A DNA stretch of 64,000 bases from Candidatus Latescibacterota bacterium (GCA_965208125.1 OZ242320.1:2016001-2080000); one strand, 5' to 3'; shown: positions 1 through 10,270, counted from the stretch's first letter. Numbers and translations: made by a program. The notes: generated from the letters alone by a model not told the origin.

Positions 1-1115
1 TATACCAATCCGAGTGCTACACAGGCCGATAGGGCGGATAAGAGGAGGGATTCACCAAGGAATTGCTTTATGAGATGCGAGCGATATGCGCCCACGACTT
101 TTCGGAGTCCCACTTCTTTCGCGCGGCTGGCGGATCGGGCTGTGGAGAGGTTCATGAAGTTGATACAGGCTATTGTGAGGATGAAGAATCCCACGAGTCC
201 CAGCAGATAGATTTGCTGTATGTCTTTGTAGGGTCTTCCCGCGTCGCCCGTAAATCCGGGCATATCGGCTTTGGAATACAGGTGCATGCGCGAGATGGGA
301 TGGAGATAATAGCGCACGGTTTCGCTTTCGTCTTCTGCGATTTCCGCGTAGCGTTCGACCAGTTCCGGCAATTTCCGGGCGATGTCTTCGGGTTTGGCTC
401 CGGGTTTCAGGCGCAGGTATGTGTTTGCCGGGCGCGAGTACGCTGGCGGCAACCAGTGATCCCACGATCTGCGTTGGCGAACGCCCTGCGGCATTGTGGC
501 GGTGATGAAGTCATATTGAAACCGGGAGTTGTCGGGTGCTCGTCGAATGACGCCCGTGATTTGATATGTGCCGCCAAACAGGTTGTGATCTACGGTGATT
601 GTTTTGCCAACTGGATCGGTAGAACCAAAGAATTTCCGTGCCACAGGTTCTGTTATAACTACGGAAAAGGGGTCTTGTAATGCGGTTTGGGGATCGCCTG
701 CCAATACGTCGATGCCGAAGAATGCGAATACGTTGGGGTCGCTTAGCCAGAACATCTGTTGAAATGATTTTTCCCCAGAGGTTATCCATCTGAGACCAGC
801 CCAAAATCGCGTGGCGTCTTCCACGTCTGGAAATTCTTCGGTCAGTACGGTTGCCAATGGTCCCTGTTGCCCTGTGTTCCACGCTATCCGCCCGTTTGCA
901 TGGCGGGTTTGTTTCATGACGCGGTAGGTGCGCGCTACTTCTGGGCGAAATCGGTCGTAACTCAGTTCATAGGAGATGTAGATCGCGAGTAATACCGCAC
1001 ACGCCATTCCAAGTGCCAGTCCGGACAGGTTGATCAACGAATAGCCCGGATGTCTCAACAGGTTGCGGACGGCGATGGTGAGGTAGTTTTTTGCGAGGTA
1101 GATCGTTTGTTTCAT
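1..1115 (-). CDS. MacB-like (double FtsX) ABC transporter permease, 5' part; runs off the left window edge
   Basis: Absent from the ORF track because there is no stop in the window. Manual translation from ATG 1115 gives MKQTIYLAKNYLTIAVRNLLRHPGYSLINLSGLALGMAC...IACINFMNLSTARSASRAKEVGLRKVVGA...QFLGES, the same motifs as the other permeases. Confidence 0.93.
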   Translation of the reverse strand, partial: MKQTIYLAKNYLTIAVRNLLRHPGYSLINLSGLALGMACAVLLAIYISYELSYDRFRPEVARTYRVMKQTRHANGRIAWNTGQQGPLATVLTEEFPDVEDATRFWAGLRWITSGEKSFQQMFWLSDPNVFAFFGIDVLAGDPQTALQDPFSVVITEPVARKFFGSTDPVGKTITVDHNLFGGTYQITGVIRRAPDNSRFQYDFITATMPQGVRQRRSWDHWLPPAYSRPANTYLRLKPGAKPEDIARKLPELVERYAEIAEDESETVRYYLHPISRMHLYSKADMPGFTGDAGRPYKDIQQIYLLGLVGFFILTIACINFMNLSTARSASRAKEVGLRKVVGAYRSHLIKQFLGESLLLSALSACVALGLV

Positions 1116-1224
1116 GGGATATTTGATTTCGATGTGGTTATTTGGTCTTTTTTATCTTACTTAGAGATGTATCTTTGTTCAAGGAGTTTTTCTTGAACTA
1201 TATAAAGATAAGGAGAGCAGTCCG

Positions 1225-2541
1225 ATGCAATATGGTAGCCCGATTTTATATAAGCGCGTGGAGATTCCGCCTGAGTTCTGCGTTACGGGAGAGGAGGGTA
1301 CCTATGGCGGTGATATCCGGATGGGCGATCTTGAGGGAAAGGGGCGGGCGGATTTTCTGGTGTACCGATCGGTTGACGATGCCCATGACGGCGGGGGTAT
1401 GAAGCCGTGTTTTCTCGGTGCTTTTACCGCAGATGGCGAGGTTCTGTGGCAGGTGGGAGAGGGTGGCGTCCAGCCCAGCCGGCCAGGTCCTGTCGCTATT
1501 TGCGATATTGATGGCGATGGTGCTGAGGAGGTTGTTTGCTTTTTTCTGGACCCCGCGGTTGAGGCGGATTCCGATTCAATGGCAAATGTCGTTGTTCAGA
1601 TTCGGGACGGGGCGAATGGCGATCTCGTGAAGCAAGAGAGTCCCACTGAGTTGCGGTCGTGTCGGGGACAGGGGGCGAATTGGGTGCATCAGCGTCTTAT
1701 GATTGCCAATTTTCGGGGGACCGATACGCCTCGAGACTTTGTGATTAAGCTCGGAGGCAAGGTCATTGCTTTTGATGAGGATCTTCGGGTTCTCTGGACC
1801 TATGAAACTGAGTGGACCGAGTACAGCCGATGCCCTGCGTACATTCCCTCGGTCGGAGATATTGACGGTGATGGCAGGGATGAGGTCAATGGCGGGTATT
1901 TTTTATTAGATCACGATGGGACAGTTCTCTGGGAAGAGCAACTTGGATGGAATATGGATTCGGTGTCTATCGCGGAGTGGGATAACGGGCAGGTGCGGGC
2001 CATTTGCTCTGGGTTTGGGCATGTGATGGACGGTTACGGGAATGTGGTTCTGCGTCTCGGCGAGGAGAAGGTTCCCCACGGTCAGGAGGTCAGGGTGGCG
2101 CGATTTAGCGCGCACGATCCGTCTCCCCAGATGGTGATTCGATATCAGGGGCACAATACGGATGTTATGGTCATTGATACAAAGGGGGACTGTCTCAACG
2201 ATTTCCGGCTCAATCCTTCGCGCAACAATACGGGTATGGAGGTCGTGTACTGGAATGGAGCGGACGCGCCTGCGCTTCTGTACAATGGTGGGATGCTATG
2301 GGAGCCTATTGAGGGGACTTCTATCCCATTGCCGGGTCTTCCGGCTCCTGAACCCGTTGGACGCATGGCCTGGTATCACTGCATTCCAGCAGATGTGTGC
2401 GGAGATGAACGGGAAGAGGTGGTTCTGTACAATCCGTGGGATTCTGCCATCTATATTTATACCCCACATCCTCTGGACGAGAGTCTGTATCGCGGATACC
2501 AGTCCTCTGCGAGGCAATACAATGTCAGGCTGATGGATTAA
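1225..2541 (+). CDS. FG-GAP/DxDGDG-repeat beta-propeller, PL11 rhamnogalacturonan lyase-like
   Basis: 438 aa with repeated Ca-binding DxDGDGxxE motifs (DLEGKGRAD, DIDGDGAEE, DIDGDGRDE, ADVCGDEREEVV); AGGAG RBS upstream. Confidence 0.6.
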   Translation: MQYGSPILYKRVEIPPEFCVTGEEGTYGGDIRMGDLEGKGRADFLVYRSVDDAHDGGGMKPCFLGAFTADGEVLWQVGEGGVQPSRPGPVAICDIDGDGAEEVVCFFLDPAVEADSDSMANVVVQIRDGANGDLVKQESPTELRSCRGQGANWVHQRLMIANFRGTDTPRDFVIKLGGKVIAFDEDLRVLWTYETEWTEYSRCPAYIPSVGDIDGDGRDEVNGGYFLLDHDGTVLWEEQLGWNMDSVSIAEWDNGQVRAICSGFGHVMDGYGNVVLRLGEEKVPHGQEVRVARFSAHDPSPQMVIRYQGHNTDVMVIDTKGDCLNDFRLNPSRNNTGMEVVYWNGADAPALLYNGGMLWEPIEGTSIPLPGLPAPEPVGRMAWYHCIPADVCGDEREEVVLYNPWDSAIYIYTPHPLDESLYRGYQSSARQYNVRLMD

Positions 2542-2575
2542 GGGCGGCGCTCAGCCTTCAGGAGGAGATGGCAAC

Positions 2576-2941
2576 ATGAGTAATTTGAGTTTACTGACCG
2601 GCGTTTACGCAGATGTCGAGGCTTATGCCGTGCTGATAGATAGGGTAATTGAACGGCTGGGACGAGGAGAGATCGGTTCGCCCGATCCAGATCAGAAGAG
2701 ACTTGGACAACTTCTCGTTGATGCCAGTGATCAGGGCCTCGAATCACAATCTCTTGAGGCTCTGACTCTGGACAGCTTGCTACGGTCAAACACCGGCGAG
2801 CCTTTGCCAGGTCTGAAGAGGCTTGGCGAGTGCCTGCTCAGTGGCAAAGTTGATATCAACTATCATAAACAGTTAGAGACGCTTGCCCAAAGACTGGAAC
2901 AGGAACGGGTGGGGATAGCTCGTCAACTATGGGGACGTTAA
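2576..2941 (+). CDS. hypothetical Leu-rich helical protein (121 aa)
   Basis: Strong AGGAGGAG RBS upstream; no recognised motif. Confidence 0.65.
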   Translation: MSNLSLLTGVYADVEAYAVLIDRVIERLGRGEIGSPDPDQKRLGQLLVDASDQGLESQSLEALTLDSLLRSNTGEPLPGLKRLGECLLSGKVDINYHKQLETLAQRLEQERVGIARQLWGR

Positions 2942-2981
2942 TTGACCAATCACTGGATCGGGCACGACATTTATACCAATC

Positions 2982-3239
2982 TTACGGCTTCCTATAAATC
3001 TCATGAGTCCCAACTCGGCGCAGACGGTAGGTATCGCCCACGATCTTGAATGTGAACCTGTAACTTTCGGTGACGCGGGCTTCCCAGATATCGGTTTGCC
3101 CTCGCATCTTCCGGGTCTGAAGAGAACCGTGATGTGGATTAGCAAAGAGAAGCGAGAGTTGTTTGTCAACACGCTCCTGGATGTTCTGTGGCAGTCGCGC
3201 ATAGTCGCGGTCAAATGATTTCTCAGTGACGATTTTCAT
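2982..3239 (-). CDS. RelE/ParE-superfamily toxin
   Basis: 85 aa with F.rdy.rLp..iqer...NP.HgSL..rKm.G...iwEaRv...YRftF pattern; 4-nt overlap with the upstream AbrB gene. Confidence 0.8.
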   Translation of the reverse strand: MKIVTEKSFDRDYARLPQNIQERVDKQLSLLFANPHHGSLQTRKMRGQTDIWEARVTESYRFTFKIVGDTYRLRRVGTHEIYRKP

Positions 3240-3658
3240 GCACGCTGTTTATGAAGGTGGGCAAGGAGACCCTCTGCCGTTTCAAATTCACTGGAAGACC
3301 GGCCCTCTCGCTCGTCTCGCTCAGCTTCTCGCTCGCCTTTCTGCCATGACTCCAGCCACCAGTACTTCTGCTCTGGATCGATGAGACCTGCTTTTGTAGC
3401 CACGTTGACCTCTGCCTCGGTTAATCCTTTGGAATTAAGCATATCCTCGTTGATGGTCTTGATCTTGTCTTTTGCCCGCGCGAGAATCCGTTGTTCTTTT
3501 TTTGAAAGCTCTGGGGGACTCATCTGCTGCGGTATGAGGACGACTTTTCCATTCTCTTCAATTACCTCAATCATATCACCCACTTTGAGGCCGAGTTTCT
3601 CAAACACCGGCTTGGGGATAGTGATCCGGTGGCTGGAGGTAATTTTCGAATGTGGCAT
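3236..3658 (-). CDS. AbrB/MazE-family antitoxin
   Basis: N-terminal KITSSHRITIPKPVFEKLGLKVGD swapped-hairpin motif and a C-terminal QKYWWLESWQKGEREAE segment. Confidence 0.82.
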   Translation of the reverse strand: MPHSKITSSHRITIPKPVFEKLGLKVGDMIEVIEENGKVVLIPQQMSPPELSKKEQRILARAKDKIKTINEDMLNSKGLTEAEVNVATKAGLIDPEQKYWWLESWQKGEREAERDEREGRSSSEFETAEGLLAHLHKQRA

Positions 3659-3854
3659 TCCGCGTCTCCTGTTTTATCATTGCAAGTGAAGATAATACTG
3701 AACATAGAACAAAATTAAAAAGCCCTGAAAAAAAGTCAATGGCTTGATGATAGGCAAAACCACTGGATCGCGGCTAAAACCCTGCCGCGATGATGAGGGC
3801 TGGTCGGGCTGATGGATCAGGTCATGCCAGTGATGCAAGTTATTTATTGCACTA

Positions 3855-4179
3855 CTGGTAAGTATTTGTCAACAGATTTGTTGACAAATATTACTAAAAA
3901 AACAACAGGGAAGCAATAACGTCATAATAAACAAGTCTTTGCTTGCAGTTCAATGAGTTGTTCTTGAGGCTCATTCAACAAGCCTATTGCACCTTCGCCT
4001 ATGGCAAGGGGCAGGGGAAGAGTCAACCGCGAGTTTTTTTGTTATGTCTTCCACATAAATTTGGAGTGATATTTTAAGTTAGCTGGTAAATATTTGTCAA
4101 CAGATTTGTTGACAAATATTGTTAAAAAATGATCAAGGAACAATAAAGTTATAATAAACAAGTCTTTGCTTGTAGTTCA
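3855..4179. repeat. Imperfect ~97-bp direct repeat (3855-3952 / 4083-4179) containing a palindrome and the last codons of the ALS gene
   Basis: Both copies contain TATTTGTCAACA-GATT-TGTTGACAAATA and, on the minus strand, ELQAKTCLL*. Confidence 0.85.
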
Positions 4180-5804
4180 TCAACGAGCACTTTCTGGTTT
4201 TCAGAGTAATCCACAGGTACTTCGACGAGGTGTACGCCGCCTTTGGCATAACATTTCTCCAGCAGGGGGACTGTCATTTCTGTGGATTTCACGCGGTGCC
4301 CATGCGCGCCATAACTGTTGGCGTACATGACAAAATCCGGGTTGTCAAATTCCAGTCCAAAATCGGGAAGCCCCATCCCGTATTGTTTCCAGCGGATCAT
4401 ACCGTAGGCATTGTCCCTCAAGATCAGGACGACGAGATTGAGGTTGAGTCTTACGGCTGTTTCCAATTCCTGGCTGTTCATCATAAAACCACCGTCGCCA
4501 CAGATTGCCATGACCCGCCGGTTGGGATAAAACCGCGCGGCTTCCATTGCCGAGGGCAGGCCCGCGCCCATGGTGGCAAGGGCGTTGTCCAGCAATACGG
4601 TATTGGGTTGCGTGGTTGGGTAGTTGCGCGCAAACCAGATTTTGTACACGCCGTTATCCAGCGCAATAATGCCGTCTTCGGGCATGACTTTGCGGACGTC
4701 CCAGACGAGGCGCTGTGGTTTTATGGGGAAGCTGTTGTCGTTTTCTCCTATACGAATGTGTTCCTGGATTTGGTCGCGAATGCGCATGTAATAGTCAAAG
4801 TCGTGCGAGGCTGTTTTGCAGGTTTTGTCGGCGAGGCGCTGGATCGTGTTTGCAATGTCGCCTACTACTTCCAGTTGTGGAAAATAGACATTATCTACCA
4901 CGGCGGATTGGAAGTTGATGTGGATGACCCGGGTTGCCCCTTCGTCGTGTGACATGAAAAATGGCGGTTTTTCCACGACATCGTGCCCGACGTTTATGAT
5001 CAAATCGGCGCGTTCAATGGCGCAGTGGAGATAGTCGCCGTCGGAGAGTGCTGCGGTGCCCAAAAACAGGGGGTGGAGGCCGCCAACGACACCTTTGCCT
5101 AACTGGGTATTGAAAAAGGGGATGCCGGTTTTGTCGAGGAAGTGCGCCACGGATTCCCAGATGCGCTTGCGGTTGGTGCCCGCGCCCAGGAGGAGCAAGG
5201 GCCGCGTGGCTTCTTTGATCATTTTTACCGCGTCGTCAATGGCGCGTTCATTGGCGTCGCCGCGCCTGCATGTGCTGATGTTAAAGACCGGCGTGGTGTG
5301 TTCGTCAACGGGTTCTTCGGCGACATCTTCCGGCAATTCCAGGTGTACGGCGCCGGGGCGCTCTTCTTGCGCCAGGCGAAATGCCTCCCGCACCATGGAG
5401 GGGATCATATCTACGTTGACGATTTGTCGGGTGTATTTTGTGAGGGGTTCCATCATGCTCACGACGTCTATGATCTGAAATTGGCCCTGTTTGCTCTTTT
5501 TGATGGGTTTTTGGCCCGTGATCATGAGCAGGGGCATGCCGCCCAGTTGGGCATAGGCTGCACCTGTCACAAAATTGGTTGCGCCGGGACCGAGCGTGGC
5601 GAGGCAGACGCCCGCTTTGCCCGTGAGCCGTCCATAGGTTGCAGCCATAAACGCGGCTCCCTGTTCGTGGCGGGTCAGGATGAGTTTGATGCTCGATTTG
5701 CGAAGGGCTTCCAGAAAGGCGAGGTTTTCTTCTCCTGGCACGCCGTAGATATATTCCACGCCTTCATTTTCCAGTGCTTTGACAAATAGGTCCGAAGCGT
5801 TCAT
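4149..5804 (-). CDS. acetolactate synthase large subunit-like TPP enzyme
   Basis: GVPGEEN, RHEQGAAFMA, TLGPGATN and the GDGGF...N TPP motif; 551 aa. Confidence 0.9.
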   Translation of the reverse strand: MNASDLFVKALENEGVEYIYGVPGEENLAFLEALRKSSIKLILTRHEQGAAFMAATYGRLTGKAGVCLATLGPGATNFVTGAAYAQLGGMPLLMITGQKPIKKSKQGQFQIIDVVSMMEPLTKYTRQIVNVDMIPSMVREAFRLAQEERPGAVHLELPEDVAEEPVDEHTTPVFNISTCRRGDANERAIDDAVKMIKEATRPLLLLGAGTNRKRIWESVAHFLDKTGIPFFNTQLGKGVVGGLHPLFLGTAALSDGDYLHCAIERADLIINVGHDVVEKPPFFMSHDEGATRVIHINFQSAVVDNVYFPQLEVVGDIANTIQRLADKTCKTASHDFDYYMRIRDQIQEHIRIGENDNSFPIKPQRLVWDVRKVMPEDGIIALDNGVYKIWFARNYPTTQPNTVLLDNALATMGAGLPSAMEAARFYPNRRVMAICGDGGFMMNSQELETAVRLNLNLVVLILRDNAYGMIRWKQYGMGLPDFGLEFDNPDFVMYANSYGAHGHRVKSTEMTVPLLEKCYAKGGVHLVEVPVDYSENQKVLVDELQAKTCLL

Positions 5805-5818
5805 CGCTTCCTCCGGGT

Positions 5819-7222
5819 TTATGCGGGGACACTGCGTCCCCTCGTTTTGTACTGGTTGAGCAGGTCGGTCAATTGCGATACGATTTCGGGGTGTTGCGCG
5901 TAGAGGTTTTCGCGTTCTCGGTAGCCGGTTTCCATGTCGTAGAGTTGTCCGGGGGCATCATCTATAGGGTCGTCGGGATAATCATTGCCGCCGGAGCTTT
6001 GGTGGAGGAGCAATTTCCATTTGCCCTGGCGGATGGCAAATTCGCCTTTGGAAGAGTGATGCACGGTGGCTTCGCGGATGGATGTCGCGTTCTGGCTCGT
6101 GAGGACGGGTAGGATGCTGCAACTGTCTTCGCCGGCATTTTCGGGAAGGGTATGGCCGATAATGTCGGCGGCTGTTGCGATGAGGTCTGTGAGACATACG
6201 ATTTCGTCGCTGAAGGATCCAGCCGCGACTTTTTCGGGCCAGCGGGCGATAAAGGGGATGCGATGTCCGCCTTCCCAGTTGTCGCGTTTGCAGCCGCGGA
6301 AGTGATAGGCACTGTAGTGATTGTATTCTTGTTTTCGCGCGTGCATAAAGCGTTCGGGTCCGTTGTCGCTGGTGACGATAAAGAGGGTGTTGTCGGTGGC
6401 GCTGGCTTTTTCAACAGCGTCCATGATTTGACCCACTGCCCAGTCGCATTCGACGACGAAGTCGCCGTATTTGCCGGCCTGGCTTTTGCCTGTAAATGCT
6501 TTGTTTGGCGCAATGGGTGTGTGCGGTCCGGTTACGGGATAGTAGAGGAAAAAGGGCTGTTTGCCCGCTGCGGTTTCTTCGATGAAGGAGACCGCTTTTT
6601 TTGTGAGGTCTGGAATGACGTGTTCGGGTTTGAGGCCCGGCGCAGCGTGTCCTTCGCGTCCAAAGAGGCCCCTATGAGCACGGGCTGTTGGTTCACGGAT
6701 TGTGCGGTTGTTTTCGAGATAGACATAAGGCGGCATGTCCAGGGATGCGGAGATGCCGTAAAAGTAGTCGAATCCGAGGTCGCACGGTCCGCCGGTAAAT
6801 GGTTGGGTGAAGTCTATGGCTTCGCCTCGATCCCATCCCAGTCTGTAATTTTCGAGGTTCTGGACGCCTTTTTTGCGCGTCCAGTTTAATCCCACATGCC
6901 ATTTGCCGATGCATGCGGTGTGATATCCGTGTTGTTTGAGCAGGGACGCGACGGTCAGGCGTTCGGGTTCGATGAGGGGTTCTGAGTATCCGTTGAGGAC
7001 GCCATTTTGCAGTCGGGTGCGCCAGCAATAGCGTCCGGTTAAGACGCCATAGCGCGAAGGAGAGCATACGGCTGAGCAGGAGTGGACATCGGTGAAGCAC
7101 ATGCCTTCAGCGGACAGGCGGTCGATATTGGGGGTTTGGATTTTGGATTCGGGATTGAGGTAGCTGATGTCCCCATAACCGAGGTCGTCGAAGAAGATAT
7201 AGACGATGTTGGGATTGGACAT
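5819..7222 (-). CDS. arylsulfatase (Cys-type formylglycine sulfatase)
   Basis: PNIVYIFFDDLGYGD, CSPSRYGVLTGR, GKWH, SDNG. Confidence 0.95.
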   Translation of the reverse strand: MSNPNIVYIFFDDLGYGDISYLNPESKIQTPNIDRLSAEGMCFTDVHSCSAVCSPSRYGVLTGRYCWRTRLQNGVLNGYSEPLIEPERLTVASLLKQHGYHTACIGKWHVGLNWTRKKGVQNLENYRLGWDRGEAIDFTQPFTGGPCDLGFDYFYGISASLDMPPYVYLENNRTIREPTARAHRGLFGREGHAAPGLKPEHVIPDLTKKAVSFIEETAAGKQPFFLYYPVTGPHTPIAPNKAFTGKSQAGKYGDFVVECDWAVGQIMDAVEKASATDNTLFIVTSDNGPERFMHARKQEYNHYSAYHFRGCKRDNWEGGHRIPFIARWPEKVAAGSFSDEIVCLTDLIATAADIIGHTLPENAGEDSCSILPVLTSQNATSIREATVHHSSKGEFAIRQGKWKLLLHQSSGGNDYPDDPIDDAPGQLYDMETGYRERENLYAQHPEIVSQLTDLLNQYKTRGRSVPA

Positions 7223-7249
7223 TGGGGTCTCCAGTTGGTTGTATAAGGT

Positions 7250-8326
7250 TCATTTGGCGGGCGCGATGAAGATTTTGTCGCCCTCCTTACATCCAAGTGT
7301 CTTTGAGGCGTTCTCGAAGTTGCGAGCGATCCTCAAGCGACCTTCCGCTGTCAGGAATGCAACCCACTCTCCGCGCGGTACGTCTCCATAGGTGGTGGCA
7401 AGCAACACTGTGAATGTCTGCTCCCCATAGCTGACCTGAAAACGGGTTTTGGGAGAGATGCCAAGTTGCTGCAGGTCGCCCTCGATAAATTCGGTGTTGA
7501 TATTGCCGTAGGTCGAGGAGATACTCTCTATCTTTGTGTAAGCCCCTCCTTCCACAAATTCCGCAGACGACACATGATTTGGAGCGATGGTCGCATCTTT
7601 GTCTCGTTCAATCGTGCCGGTGTCCAGATAGGCGTCGAGCGCGCGCAACGCGGTTTCCCGTTCGATCTCTCTGAGGTTGACGTGTCCGTCGCGTGCCACA
7701 GACCAGAATACTGGCACATTCGGTGCCTTTGCCGCTTTCTGGATATACGCCTGGGGTCCCTCCGCTTCACTCTGATTACTGACGAAGAGCAACGGGAGAC
7801 GTGGGGTATAACGCCATTCGTGGGGGTGCTCTGCATCTCGCACTTGCAGTGCCGCCCCCAACGCGAGCAAGCCGTCATAACCTTCGGGAGCGGTCTCGGC
7901 GATCAGTGTCACGATCGCACCGCCCATTGAGTTCCCCTGTACAATTATACGTTCAGGCGCGCCATAGGTCTGGGCAATGTGCTGGCGTAGCAGTTCGATG
8001 TCCGCTACCGCATCGACGATGATCGCTCCGTTGCGGCGGTAGCTGGTAGATGCGATCATCCAGCCATCGGCAAGCAGATGCTGGTACGTGGGTGAGTCTG
8101 TGCGAAAATCGGCGCTCAGGGGCGCATTTTCGGGGCGATAGCCGTGCGCCAGCAGCAGGAGTTTTCCGTTCCATGACTCCGGTATGGCGATGACGAATTT
8201 TGATTGCTGGAGTTGACCTGCTTCGGTGCGAAATTTAACTGCCTCTGCGGCTGGGGCGAGCAGTCCGCCGATGAGCAGGAAATAGCATATCCCTTGTACG
8301 AGTGTTGAACGGTAGATCGTTTTCAT
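7250..8326 (-). CDS. secreted alpha/beta hydrolase fused to a SAM hydroxide adenosyltransferase C-terminal-like domain
   Basis: Signal peptide (AAEA), WNGKLLLLAHGY and GNSMGG nucleophile elbow; C-terminal YGNINT...TYGDVPRGEWVAFLTAEGRLRIARNFENASKTLG. Confidence 0.75.
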   Translation of the reverse strand: MKTIYRSTLVQGICYFLLIGGLLAPAAEAVKFRTEAGQLQQSKFVIAIPESWNGKLLLLAHGYRPENAPLSADFRTDSPTYQHLLADGWMIASTSYRRNGAIIVDAVADIELLRQHIAQTYGAPERIIVQGNSMGGAIVTLIAETAPEGYDGLLALGAALQVRDAEHPHEWRYTPRLPLLFVSNQSEAEGPQAYIQKAAKAPNVPVFWSVARDGHVNLREIERETALRALDAYLDTGTIERDKDATIAPNHVSSAEFVEGGAYTKIESISSTYGNINTEFIEGDLQQLGISPKTRFQVSYGEQTFTVLLATTYGDVPRGEWVAFLTAEGRLRIARNFENASKTLGCKEGDKIFIAPAK

Positions 8327-8406
8327 GATGGCTCCTTTGGATTGTTTTGCCGGACAGTTTGTGGTGTCTATGCCCAGCCCTAGCAGTTCATACGTCCAGA
8401 GGTCTG

Positions 8407-9606
8407 TTATGTTCCGATGGTGTTTTGGTCGGTGTGATTCTGTTCTTTGAGGATTTGCTTTTGGAGGTATTCGGGCAGTTTGAGGACGCGCTGGAAGTAG
8501 GTGGGTTCGTCAAAGCGCAGGTTGTTGTTTTTGAAGAGGAGGCGGTCTGTGTCGCGGCTGAGGTCGCAGTCGAATCGGGCGAGGACGGATTCGCTCATGC
8601 TACCTCCGCCGTCCGGGTTGATGTGGCAGAGTCCCCAGGTGATGCCGCGTCCATCGCCGTTGTCGGCAAATGCGTCGGGAACAAAGGGTCCGGGGGCGAC
8701 AGGGGGTACCTGGAGCAGGGATTTCATTTCGAAATGGAGGCCGTCAGGCGCGTATTGTACGGTGTTTTTTTCGGGTCCGTCCAGGCTGACGATTGCGGCG
8801 ATACCTTCTTTGTAGGGCCAGAGGCAGGTTTCGTGACCGGAGTTGAGGACGGGGTTTAGCGGTGATTTTTGGTATGGTCCTTCCGGATGGTCGGCAATGG
8901 CAACGCCCTGAGCGCGGATGATGTTTGCGCCGCCGCGTTTTTGGCCGGGCGAGCCTTTGTAATACATGTGGATTTTGCCTTTGTAGATGAGGGGGAAGGG
9001 GTCGTGTATGCAGTTGCAGTCCCAGTCGTCGGGGCCGCCGGGTTCCACAATGGGTCTGCCCAGTCGCGTCCAGGGTCCATGGGGAGAGTCGGCGATGGCG
9101 ATGGTGACGGGGCACGAGTCGCCGCCTTGAATGACTTCGCTGTATGCCTGGTGGTAGAGGTAGTATTTGTTTTTCCAGACGAGGATGTCGGGGGTGCAGT
9201 TTGAGCGCCAGCCAAATTCGCCTTTTGAGGGGCGCGTGGCGGCTGGTCCCTGTTCTTCCCAGTGAAAGCCGTCTTCGCTGGTGGCATACCAGATGTCTGC
9301 GAGGTCCCAATCGACAGAGGGGATTTCGTCGGTGGCGTTTTCGTGTCCGACGGGCGGGCCTTGTGTGCGCCGGCATGTGTACCAGACGTAATAGGTGCCG
9401 TCGATGCGGAGTACTTTAGACGGGTCGCGGCGAGAGACGTTGGGTTCTCGCGAGAATCCTTCGAGAGGTGAGTATTTGAAGTTGCTGAAGAATTCATTGC
9501 CGCGATCTTCATGGGGGTTCCATATATCGTACATACGCTCCATCGAGGCGCTGAGTTCGCGGTCCGGTTTTTCAAGTGGTAATTTAGCTGGGAAGGGCGT
9601 TTGCAT
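8407..9606 (-). CDS. GH117-like five-bladed beta-propeller glycoside hydrolase
   Basis: LSASMER, SRRDPSKV, WDLADIWYATSEDG, HDP..YYKG and NSGHETC motifs typical of GH117. Confidence 0.8.
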   Translation of the reverse strand: MQTPFPAKLPLEKPDRELSASMERMYDIWNPHEDRGNEFFSNFKYSPLEGFSREPNVSRRDPSKVLRIDGTYYVWYTCRRTQGPPVGHENATDEIPSVDWDLADIWYATSEDGFHWEEQGPAATRPSKGEFGWRSNCTPDILVWKNKYYLYHQAYSEVIQGGDSCPVTIAIADSPHGPWTRLGRPIVEPGGPDDWDCNCIHDPFPLIYKGKIHMYYKGSPGQKRGGANIIRAQGVAIADHPEGPYQKSPLNPVLNSGHETCLWPYKEGIAAIVSLDGPEKNTVQYAPDGLHFEMKSLLQVPPVAPGPFVPDAFADNGDGRGITWGLCHINPDGGGSMSESVLARFDCDLSRDTDRLLFKNNNLRFDEPTYFQRVLKLPEYLQKQILKEQNHTDQNTIGT

Positions 9607-9664
9607 GGGGGGTCCTTGGTGAAGAGGTGTTCGGTAGGGGCGACTCAGGTGTTGATCAGGCCAG

Positions 9665-10270
9665 TTATTTGATTTTTGCCTTCAAGGTATCGACGAGTCG
9701 TTTCGCATGGGGCGATGCCGCAACCACTTTGTCGGGGTCAATCTGCGCGAGGATATCGAACGAATGCTGCCCCTTTTCATATTCGCCTTTCGAAACACCC
9801 GACCGCGTCGCGTTTTTTAGGCCGTTAAATACATCGTTTTTGGGGATTCTCTCAATATCCTGACGAGCGGGAAGCGCGTTCTGGTTAAAGCCGTTTCCGT
9901 AGTACGCAGCAAGAGTGTCCTTGTCGGCGAGAAACCACGCCTCCATGCATTGCACCATCAGATGTACCTGGTCGTCTGTAGTCTCCGAGGGTTGGTCCCA
10001 ATTATCGGGATTCTTCTTCAGGTGTTGCCAGGGGCCTGTTGTCACTGGTCCTTCGCTGTCAACCAATAGCACGATGAAATCATCTTTTTTTGCCCCGCGG
10101 ACTGCTGCACGAAAATCATCGAAGGCATCTCGCCGACTGCCATTTGCGACTATACGCGGCATTCGGCCTTCCAAGCCAGCCTTGCTAAAAAATTTGCTGA
10201 AACCCTCGCGACATTTTCTCCTCAGCAAATTCGTTTCCCCGCCACCTTCGACAAAGACCTTGATCCTCAC
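9665..10270 (-). CDS. DUF4276-family (TOPRIM-like) protein
   Basis: VFVEGG, LLVDSE, MEAWFLAD and YEKGQHS; 4-nt overlap with the upstream ATPase. Confidence 0.8.
   Translation of the reverse strand: MRIKVFVEGGGETNLLRRKCREGFSKFFSKAGLEGRMPRIVANGSRRDAFDDFRAAVRGAKKDDFIVLLVDSEGPVTTGPWQHLKKNPDNWDQPSETTDDQVHLMVQCMEAWFLADKDTLAAYYGNGFNQNALPARQDIERIPKNDVFNGLKNATRSGVSKGEYEKGQHSFDILAQIDPDKVVAASPHAKRLVDTLKAKIK

Noticed and set aside
52-882. ORFs 52-465, 63-680 and 511-882
   Set aside because: Shadow frames of the edge-truncated permease at <1-1115.
3762-3792. CTGGATCGCGGC...GCCGCGATGA hairpin as a second REP family
   Set aside because: Only one full copy in the window, so repeat status cannot be established.
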